DNA from: Dicyema japonicum
Lineage: Eukaryota; Animalia; Dicyemida
Direction: 5' to 3'
Assembly: GCA_011109175.1 (NCBI GenBank)
Contig: RDEW01000091.1
Location: 2,169 to 66,168 of the forward strand
DNA: 64,000 nt
Shown: positions 52,860-64,000 of the stretch, in pieces
Layout of the letters: each line of letters opens with the position of its first letter
Position numbering within the stretch: position 1 is the stretch's first letter
Notes under the pieces: model-generated
What the model was told of the DNA's origin: nothing
Database searches by the model: none
The model's input: the letters and a program-made list of their open reading frames with translations, nothing else
Translations under genes and position numbers: made by a program

Positions 52860-53240
52860 AAGATAAGAAAACAATCCTATTCTATCCTCCATTCCTTCCG
52901 ATTATAATAAAATAGTTCATCGGCCCCCTCCTCCAATCGACCAAACAAAATTCTCTATTCAAGGAGATATTCAGGTAAACCTGGCTCGTCTACGATGTGG
53001 GCACCGCCACTCTCAAACGACGTAGGTACTTAAACTGGATGATGCAAAAGATGTCCTCTCTTTCTTTTGTATCCTTTCAGAGTTGACAGCAAATCACCTT
53101 TTTGAATGTCATAAACAGTACACTGTTCGTCTACCATGCCAAAGTTGACCAATCTATGGAAGCGACAGGCGTTCGCTGCGTTTTATTTAATAGCCGCTGG
53201 TCTCGTACATGTTAGCGGAACGGAGTTACTTAACTAACTA
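52860..53240 (+). mobile_element. I-group LINE C-terminal zinc-knuckle fragment
   Basis: QVNLARLRCGH..., C..SELTANHLFEC. Confidence 0.7.
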
Positions 53241-53350
53241 ATCCTCATATACGTTTTCAACAAGAAAACGGGAGATTTTAGCTCGATTTACTCAAAAATA
53301 GGAATTTTTGAGACGCTTAGAGTAACAGATTCCATTCAGAATCGTATATA

Positions 53351-53430
53351 ATCATCTGAGTGAGGGGATGTCTCTCACTCACCTAGGATGTCAATCATCT
53401 GAGGAGGGGATGTCTATCACTCACCTAGGC
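53351..53430 (+). repeat. Tandem duplication of about 43 bp; first unit contains a hairpin
   Basis: aatcatctgag(t)gaggggatgtct.tcactcacctagg occurs twice. GAGTGAG...CTCACTC is an inverted repeat in unit 1. Confidence 0.85.
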
Positions 53431-54199
53431 GTCGGTGTCCCTGAGACTGTGAATCTAACATCCATTTGACATGCTTGTATGGACATTTCAGAAAGCGAGT
53501 TCAATTCCTTCAGGTGTGACTGGTTTTATGCATTTCTAGGACGACTGAAATTGCCAAATTCGTTCATTTTGTTTATGAATTTAAGAGTTCGCTTGTCTTC
53601 GGAGATAACATTGTTGACTTGTCTATTGGTGTGCAAAAGAGTGACTTTTACGACCTCTTATCTTTTCCCTGACTATTGACCACGTTCTTCAGAAATCGGG
53701 GAGGTACCTTGATTATCGACGCTCTAGATACACTATTCTGTCTTGCCAATCTCAGCCTGCAAATAAACATTCCGAATACCAAGAGTATAAATCTTAGTTT
53801 TCCATCAGATGAGTTAACCATCTTCCAGAGTCGCTGAAGTCTTTTTTTCTGATAGGATAGTGTTACTCCTGACATGGTTTTCCTTTAATTTCCACTCTTC
53901 TCGTCCACGTTGGAAAAAATTGTGAGAGAAAAAGTTGGCTCGTTCCAATACCTAGGGGAAAACTTAGTCTCTTGCAGAACATACCGCCTCTTTCTAATGA
54001 AAAATATCATTTTTGTCCCCAAGATAGTTTTCTCGCTACGAAGTTTCCCTTGTTTCCGCGAATCTGATTTTCTCAAATTTCTGAAGGACCTCATTAGACA
54101 ATAAACTTAAGAAATTTTGAATATTCGATTTGATAGCATTCATGAAATCCAATGCGTAAACCTGCTAAAAAAACTAAAAAAGTATACAGATATTTATCC

Positions 54200-54640
54200 C
54201 TCCCCCACATGTCTAAATGGACGTTAGCGGAGAATTCAAAGTACTGGCCCAATGCTTTCCCGGTACGCGCAGTTAGTATTCATTTGGATGTCGACAATAT
54301 TTGTGTTAGAGTTGTTCTTTGGCTAGGCCTTGATGTCTGCTTGGATGCTGCGGGACGGTTGCCTAGAAAGGGCTATATCTTCTGTCTTGAGACAAAGCGT
54401 CGGGAGATTCCCTCGCCATACTAAGCTAAATTCGATGACTATCAAAGACACTGGGTTCACTTGTCTTCTGGAACCCGTTAGAATTAACAGAGATGATGGC
54501 AAGAGGCCAGATGATGTAATGACCATGTCATGGAGTCAAAGGAGGTCTCTTATTGGGACTCAACGTGCACAATACTTTATCAAACGTGAATCTGCTCAAG
54601 TCATCGCCATGTGTGGGTTTCACAGCGAGTAGTGCTGAAG
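54200..54640 (+). mobile_element. CRE-like RLE fragment
   Basis: WPNAFP, GRFPRHTKLN, LLEPVRINRDDGKRPDD.TMSWSQRRSL. Confidence 0.8.
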
Positions 54641-54898
54641 ATTGGGTGCTTTGCAGTGTGCGGAAAGGAGAGCCTAGAATGACACGATAGCTTGGACTCT
54701 CGATCATGAAGGTTAACCCTCATTCAGTGCCTACAAACCGTAATGGAGACCTTTGACTTTCATTGACATTAGCGACTGAACCAATTAATGATTAAAAAAC
54801 AGAGGTACGTCAAAGTAAACATTCGTCGATAAGAATCAGTCAACTGGGACAGAATGGTAAAATTCAATTATTTTAGTTTCTATGGTGAAATAATCAAA

Positions 54899-56141
54899 AT
54901 GATATCCAAGCGTGGAAAAATTGTTTATCCTCTTGCCTTCTCCAAAGATAGAAAATTTTTATGCGAGTTATGCCAGAGAGAAGCTCATCTTCAATGCAAG
55001 AAATGCAGAGTGGCATTTTATTGGTTTGTCTCCCATCGTTCTCAACTAGATCAGCTGTAGTGAGCACTTGGAAGCCGATTTTAACGGCGTTCATGAAAAA
55101 CTCTGCGACAAACTTTCCGAGGTGAGGTCTTCAACCCCGTTTTTTATAACGGAAAGGGAGAGAGTTGAGCATAAAAACAAAATGATCTTTTTGAAAGTCT
55201 TCAATAAACTAAAAGTAGGAAAATATGCTGCAGTTGTGCAAGAAAGAGGCTCAGAAATACGTTTTCGAGAAAAAATTCAACGAAGCCACAGCGTCAGCGA
55301 TTCAGGGGCTGAAATTTGACGTTGAATTAAACGGAATGGAAAGTTTGGGACTGATCTCGTTGTATTTGATTCTCAGCGAGTCCAGCATTGGTGATGACTT
55401 GGATTTGAATTCAAAGGACTAAAAAAGATCCCAGAGGCCGAGAATTACTTGTGTCAAGCCAAATGGATTGTGCTGAAGAACGTCGATACCCCAAACCTTC
55501 TCAAGTCAAAAATGTTCCGTAATTTCGGTCTCCTCTATTTGGAGAAGAAAAAGTACGACGATGCTTTGACCGCCTTTTCGAAGGACGTGGGGATTTTTCT
55601 AATTCTAAGGTTTACTATGCCTCTTTGGATTCTTGCCAAGACAGTGTACTGACCATTGGGGGATATTATAATTTGGCCAGAGTCTTCGAAGAGAAGAAAG
55701 AGGTTAAAGTCTCTAGTTCACTCTACCATAAAGTTATTTTGGTGTAATTCAGGTGGTCCACATATGGTTGACCAGATTTAAGGAATTGTACGACACCTGG
55801 TACCGGGAGGAGGTCAGAATTCAAAAAATAAACGTGGCGGCAAAGTTGGATGTGAATAAAATCGTCAAAATAGGCAGATTGTGAATCATATTGTAGATAA
55901 GATTGAAGCGATCGAATCGGACGTGATTTTGACAAATATCCTCAAGTTTTTCGTGGACCTCAGTGGTTCATCGTCAGATCTTTCCACCATATATGTTGTA
56001 CTTGTCTATTTGAATTTTTTAAACAACAACTTTTCAAAAGCACGTGAGTATTACTTATGTCTGCATGAGTTAAAAGACCAGCTCGATTCCTCGAATTCTT
56101 TGCTTATTCCAAAAGAATTATTGACGGAGATTTTAGCCTGA
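54899..56141 (+). CDS. ZMYND12: Zinc finger MYND domain-containing protein 12 (TPR-like repeats), multi-exon
   Basis: IVYPLAFSKDRKFLCELCQREAHLQCKKCRVAFYC-CSEHLEADFNGVHEKLC..PFF..ERER; YLILSESSIGL..AENYLCQAKWIVLK; KSKMFRNFGLLY; GGYYNLARVF. Confidence 0.9.
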
Positions 56142-56959
56142 TTAACGTCTAACTTGTCTAACTTTAGCCATATTTCGTTGTCTGGTTTTAGGTCACTGAG
56201 ATCTTTAAGTCCCTTAAATAACCTGACTGATTAACTGAATCTGGAATGGTAGCCTCGTCCCGTGCCCACTACCAAGCAAACTATTTGGTAGTTGTTGGTA
56301 AGGGAAAAAAGTGGAGTCTGTTAGGTGGAAGTGTAGTCAGATTTCTCGAGCGGTGACTTGTATGATAACCAGAAGTCGTTTTTTGCTTTCCAAAAACAAA
56401 ACGAGAATCATGCTCACCGTGGGTGACAAAGTTCTCATTCTTCGAACCATTCCAGAGGCTGAGCCCACTCAATCGTGCCTTGAACGATCCACGGCTGGGT
56501 TTCTATAATGCCATCAAAAACCTTGGTATCAACAAGCTTCTGTGACATCTTCCATATAACATTGACTGAATGGAAGCTTCCTTATCGCGGGAGGTTCATG
56601 TCCAATTGGCACGCTTCTACTGAGGTCACCGTATGAATTTCTAGCCTATTTCTCCGTTTTGCTCTTTATTCCCCTTCTAGACCTCTTATTTTTCAGGTTC
56701 CACCTTGAGTTCTAGGTCGCACCAGATACACCTTATGGATTTTTAGGAGCGTCTACTCTGAGTAGTTATTTTCTGTTAGCCATCGGTTTTCATCGCTATT
56801 TCTGTTAGCCAGCCAAAACCTCAGGGGTTATAAAGCCAAAATCGCTTCACTTCCTACGTGTTATGGAATCGTTGATGAAAAGTTAATTGAGTGGATTTCC
56901 ATACAAACCGTAAAAGAGAACCCGTCTCAACCACACTTCACTATACATCTTTAGCCTCT

Positions 56960-57950
56960 TAATAAAATATAAAATTAGCATTACATTGTATTTGTTTGCA
57001 TGATATAGATTTTTTAGAAATAATCAATTTTTCTACACTTGAACTCACAATGGGATGAATAATAATTAGGGCGGAAATAATAGGACATTTTTTAGGACAT
57101 TTTAAAAACAAAATAGTACAATTAGGACATCTTAACAAGAAAATAGGACAAATCATTTTAGAACAATTTATTTTCACAAACTCCTCCATCTTGTGATAAT
57201 TATCTGGAGGTAATTTAATCTCATACAACATAGTTCTGCGCTTTATTGATTTCGAAAGAGAAATTTTCATTTTTCCAATTAGGTCATTAACTGCGAGATA
57301 TTTTGACATTATTTTTATTGTACAATTTTGTAGCAAATGAAAAAAACATTTATTATTTTCATTTTTCAGTATCTTGAAAGTTTTCATCATCACTAATAAA
57401 TAATATCAAATTCTAAATTTTTAATAAGAATTTATCAAAAACATCTCTAATTGTTGAAATTATAACATTCGAATTTGAATATGAATTAATAGCTGATTTC
57501 ATAATGCATAAGTCTCTGGATTACAAATAGCCCGACAATTATATTTAATATTTTTTCCAGTTAATTTTAATTATATAATTGTTTGTCCAAAAATGTTTTC
57601 TGTAGTTCAATAATGTAGATCATACAGTTTATAAATATTTTTTCGGAATGCTGTTATAGACAGTACATGATAATTTAATTTGAGAAATGGCTTTTTATAT
57701 AACTATTCCCTAATTTGTGAAGTGGAATATCAGCATGTAAAATGCTTTAATTAAACAGATATCCAGTTTTTCTTTTTTTTCTTTAGAAAGAAAACGTTGA
57801 GTGGTCTCTATACTTTTTTGGCATTGTGTCTGATGTCTATTTCCATTAAAATGTTGATCGATGTAGTATTGTTTATATGATTTTACTATCTTTGAGCATT
57901 TTTGGTAAAATAAATCTCCTTAGGTGCTCTTTTAAATATTTATGAGTTTT
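56960..57950 (-). mobile_element. Mutator/MULE transposase remnant
   Basis: KCFFHLLQNC matches the C.FH..Q motif. Upstream YKLYDLH resembles QLY.IH. Heavily degraded. Confidence 0.5.
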
Positions 57951-58149
57951 TGGAAATTGCTTTTGAAATTCGTTCCTTATTTTTTCCTCTGTGTTTTAGT
58001 AATTGATAAAATACAAACCTTTCATTAAATGAAGAATGCTAATAATAATAACAGCCTTTTTCACGGAGCCGTGGTATTTATAGCCCCGCATAGGGAGGAC
58101 ACACACTTTATTTAAGTAAAAAACAGTTAATTTTAACTAATCGTAGAAC

Positions 58150-58270
58150 CAAGGGATGATGTCAGTTCTTTTTTCTTGTGTGTGGGTACTTTCTAGACTA
58201 TCCAGTTCCGCAGTGAATATCCACTGATGACGGCGTCACTCGTCAAGCCCTTTTAACATCGTAGATGCAA
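58150..58270 (-). mobile_element. Copy of the 17180-17385 SINE-like body
   Basis: ctacgat...gcttgacgagtgacgccgtcatcagtgga.at..cactg.ggaac.gat.gtcta...aagaaaaaagaa is shared with 17260-17370. Confidence 0.7.
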
Positions 58271-58640
58271 TGGGATAAGAATATCACAAAATACCAGAGG
58301 AAAAAAGGGGATGAGGGAGCGGTCTTCGAGTTAGAAGAGGACAAAAATCAATAATTTATAATGAAGCTTAAATGTTATTTTTGCGTCAAATTTAGGTTTG
58401 ACAGTTCAAGAGTTAGAATACGTTTTTTTCATTAAAGGTATTTAAAAAAAATTCTTGTTCATTGTTATTCAAAATTATTGATTTTAATTGTTCAAATTGG
58501 CCACAAAATTCTAATGAACCAATAAATGACAATTTGCGAGAGTCGAGTGTATTTAATTTTGCGAAATTGATTAGGAAAGAATAATATACAAATTCAAAAA
58601 ATTATAAAAAACTTTTTTAAGAAATGATAACGCAAACAGC

Positions 58641-60526
<1,886 letters not shown>

Positions 60527-60644
60527 GAAAATTTTAAAATTGCGCAAAATATTTTAATTTGATAATTATAATAAATAGTTTTATTCAATTAATTTATTTT
60601 TTAATTCATCTATTTTATTTCTCAGTTTTTTGTTGAGGTAATGA

Positions 60645-60915
60645 CTTGACTCAATTGCACCTAGTCTTAATCACATGAGGGTATCAGAGGATTTTACGAG
60701 GAGGAGAACGATATTTTCAAACGAATAATCTTATACCAGGAAGTGAATACTGACAGTACTACTACTGGATGCTTTCAACGAAATTAGGTGGGACTAGATG
60801 AGTTACATAATGATGACCGAATCATCCTCCCACCTTCAGAATCTCACCACTATGGGAATCATTATTGGAATTCAGTGTTGTGCAACAACTGATTTATAGT
60901 CTCACGTGTGAGAAC
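60645..60915 (+). repeat. Dispersed repeat, copy of 51670-51985
   Basis: Shared blocks as listed for 51670-51985. Confidence 0.8.
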
Positions 60916-61074
60916 TTAGTATACTTGACATTTTGTTCCTATGATAGTGGTAATAATATGTGTTTATTGCTTTGCTATTTTGCCATTTGGGCCCTAGTAG
61001 CAAATCTGATACCAAAGGACGACAGATGAACGGATGGATGAACTGACGAACAAAAACATAGTATCTTATATAAC

Positions 61075-61180
61075 AATGGTCCTAGGTTCGATCCCCACAG
61101 TGGTTACTTGTTCAGAGGGTTCCCCTACTTTCCCTTGTTTTACTAGAGTGGCGTCATGTAATCTACCTGTGTTAGGTGCC
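61075..61180 (+). mobile_element. tRNA-derived SINE fragment
   Basis: B box GGTTCGATCCC, then gcgtcatgtaatctacctgtgttagg, similar to the body of the 63645-63975 SINE. Confidence 0.55.
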
Positions 61181-61505
61181 ATTGATTTCCATGATTCATG
61201 AAATTTATACTTTTATGCAACGTGGTACTTAGTCCGCACAAAACAAAAACTTTGAAAACTGAACGCTTTTCATACACCCTATCCCCATGGAACCATTTCA
61301 TATTCTTTACAAGAGAACGAAGAGCACAATAATTTATTACGAGATCCTGGAGTATGAGGATGATAAAAAATTCGGATAGTTTTTCGATAAAGGGAGTTGA
61401 TTATGTGGATCATAGTTTAAAATAGAGCGAATCGCCTCACAACAAAGGAATACTCTACAAATGGATTGCTCGTAGTGTTGCAGTAGTGACCTATGACAAG
61501 TTATT

Positions 61506-61965
61506 ATTATTATTACCCCGAGGATCACTGGGTCAAAGAGAAAGAAATAAAAGTTCTCATCTAACTAAGTGATCCCAGACCGACAAAGGTGAGGACGAGT
61601 CCGGCGGGGTCGAGAATCCTGAACAGCTCTTCTCATTGGACATGGCATCGGCTCAAAATTTCTGTATGATTGTAGATAATTCGATAGTATTTGGAATAAA
61701 GGGCAGCTCGGTAGAATAGCCTCCTTTAATAGTTTCCGTTGTAGTTCAATTAAAAAGTTTTCAATAGGTTGGATATTGTGATCTGGTCCAATTAACCTTA
61801 TTGCAGTCTCCTCGATTGCAGATAATTTCAATGTGGAAGATCGTGACATTTGCATTGCCCATGAAGGACTTGCATACGTCATCGTTGGTCGGATAAATTG
61901 TTTGTAAATCGTGGCAAGGACACCAGTTTGATCTCTAAGTGTTTTTGAGAGCACTTTTAAAATTC
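61506..61965 (-). mobile_element. 5'-truncated LINE with TSD, inserted into an older LINE
   Basis: TIYKQFIRPTMTYASPSW...RSGIT* plus stem-loop and (AAT)n. TSD TGACAAGTTATT at 61494-61505 and 61966-61977. Confidence 0.92.
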
Positions 61966-61977
61966 TGACAAGTTATT

Positions 61978-62470
61978 GAATGGATCATCCAAACAAGTGT
62001 ACACACAATGCTCATTCTCTAGAGGTTTTTGGTAAGGACTTGTCCTACAAGAAGATGAAATTCAATAACTTGTCATACGTCACTTCAAGAACTTAAGGAG
62101 AATTTGTTACAGGTATCTGAATAGATCCGATGAAAATTCCTGGTTTTATCGCAATGATGGTTTGAAGTGAAAAGAGTTTATGTCGATTTTTTGGCCGAAG
62201 TTTTGACATGCTACTATCATTAGCTAGGATAGTGACGAGAAATCTCTTTGCATGTTGGTTTGTCGTGAAGAAATAGTTTGAAAAGCGTTGGAGAACCTTG
62301 GGTCAATCCGTTTGTTAGTAATCGTGATTTTGATCTTAGGTGGCCACAGTTAACTTTTCTCCCTGAGAGAAAGTTGGTCAACACAGTTTCAAACACAGTT
62401 TCAGAAACCTTATTGATAAGAAGTTTCCTTGGGAGTGTTAAATGCTCCATTAATGTCAATGGAAACATGT
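61978..62470 (-). mobile_element. Older degenerate LINE RT fragment
   Basis: TNFLSGR..RSKSRLLTNGLTQGSP.LF.LFLHD. Confidence 0.75.
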
Positions 62471-63644
62471 GAGGTGGAGTAGCATTAAAGCATAAGCAAT
62501 AAATTGTGAGAAGTACACGTAAGCCGTGACACCTACCTGTTCATCTTCAAGAGAGTTATTCTCCCTACCCTACTTTATGAGTGCGAGGGTGGTTCTTCTC
62601 TGAGAAGAGGGAGAAGATCTTATCCTTCCTAGAGAAGACAAGGAGAGCAGCAATTAAGCTTTCCTTAAACAAGAAACTGAGAGACTGTCTAAGCGAAAAT
62701 GAAGACAAGCTGTTAGAACCGATTAGCAGGATTATGGAGGATCGGATCAATTATTTCACGAGGAGATCAAAGATCAAGGTCACATATATAAAACTTGGAG
62801 AAATTTTCTAAAAAAATTTAAAAAGAAGAAGGGTCCAGGTGTGGAGTCCAAGCCTTATGGAATGACTCAGAAGTAATACCCTCCAGAATACTCCTTAACT
62901 CTTTTGTTAATAAATTGTTATTGTTGTTGTATTGTGAGAACGTTGATAAGTGTGTTGTTGATCTTCAAGAATGAAAAACGTGTTAGAATCTAGATTGAGG
63001 AAGAGACGGAGTAATAAACGTGAGTACGAGTTTTTCAAGTAATTTGGACAGTGTTCAGGTTAGCGGAATTTCCCTTCGGTTTTCCTATTTTTTTCAAATC
63101 TTAAGGATAATGTTGCTCTTTACAGACAGCTTGAAAATTCAAGTGAGGTAGCTGATTGCATCGTGAAGCGGGTGTTTTAGATGAATTGAAGACACTTTGT
63201 CAGGAACAACAGGCCCGTGAACTCTTTAATCCGACGATAACTTTTAAAACCTGTTTTTCTGAAAATAGTTAGTGTTAGAGTTTATGGAAGCCTAATATCT
63301 AGTGTTTCGAGAATTTTTAGAAAAAGATCACAGCGCAGTGTTTCACAAGTAAGTTAAGATGTATATGACACACGTATCCTGGGGAAAGCTTTCAGTTCTA
63401 TTTTCCAACTCAAGTCTGCCTTTAGGTGATACAAGGGAATGTTCTTATTAATGATATTTGACAAACTTAGCACACAATAAGTGAACACTGACATAGATCA
63501 AATGTTAAGTTTTGTGGTATAAAATGCATAGAATGGACTAGTAAGTTGGCCAAAATAAGACACAAAACCATAAAAATGAATAATTAATAAAATACACGAG
63601 TAATGTTGAGATCTATACTAGATTGTGTTTGGAACACATTGATA

Positions 63645-63975
63645 ATATTTATTGTCTCATGATCGTCTGGTAAAAAACGGAAGATCCTTATCTAACTAAG
63701 TGATCTAAGTTTTCATGTTCAGATTTTCTAAACATCTGGTCAGTCTACATCCACCATTCTGGGAACCCATCCAGCGCAGCAGGGAAAAGCAAGATCCCTT
63801 TTGTTATGCTGACTAGGTGTTTACTGTTGCACCCAAGGTCGCCCCCTGAACAGGTAGATCACTATGACATTCCTCGTAAAAATCAAATAAGGTAAAGAAC
63901 AGAAAGGTAAGTATTGGTTTGGGAATCAAACCTACAACCAATTACGACATCAATAACCACTAAGCGACTCGGTCT
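63645..63975 (-). mobile_element. tRNA-derived SINE with LINE-type 3' tail
   Basis: Head TCGCTTAGTGG (A-box-like) ... GGTTTGATTCCC (B-box-like). Body shared with 9567-9680, 6780-6831 and 61075-61180. 3' end AGATCACTTAGTTAGA...GACGATCATG-AATAAA matches the LINE terminal motif. Confidence 0.7.
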
Positions 63976-64000
63976 TGAAATTTTTTAGAATACATTCAGA

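Noticed and set aside
58215-58260. Hammerhead ribozyme (CTGATGA followed by a short stem)
   Set aside because: No GAAA after stem II, and the second copy (about 17280-17305) reads CCGATGA, so the catalytic core is not conserved.
61075-61110. Functional tRNA gene
   Set aside because: Only a T-loop/B-box is present, with no acceptor or anticodon stems. It continues into a SINE body.

Overview
AT-rich eukaryotic (metazoan-like) nuclear DNA with extremely short GT-AG introns (about 21-32 nt), a pattern described in dicyemids; the taxon is inferred, not proven. Compact genes alternate with dense, decayed transposable elements. Recognisable genes are pescadillo (PES1), a transmembrane C-type lectin, a divergent annexin, a centrin-like EF-hand protein, a UPF0658/DUF7789-like membrane protein, MCU, PRP16/DHX38, ZMYND12, polo kinase, and a SelW-like selenoprotein that the ORF track misses (in-frame TGA in CxxU plus a SECIS hairpin). 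Elements include hAT-Buster (8-bp TSD), pogo/Tigger, Tc1, MULE and integrase remnants, CRE-like RLE retrotransposons, RTE-like and gag-bearing LINEs, tRNA-derived SINEs, and many APE-RT LINE copies. The most striking unexplained structure is at the 3' ends of about a dozen retroposon copies from several divergent families. They share a stem-loop whose 5' arm is the last codons of ORF2 (GGG ATC ACN = G-I-T) and whose loop opens with the stop codon. The stem shows compensatory base changes and is followed by GG(G)GTT and an (AAT/AAAT)n tail. A tRNA-headed SINE carries the same tail. Single-base homopolymer indels in conserved genes suggest assembly errors.
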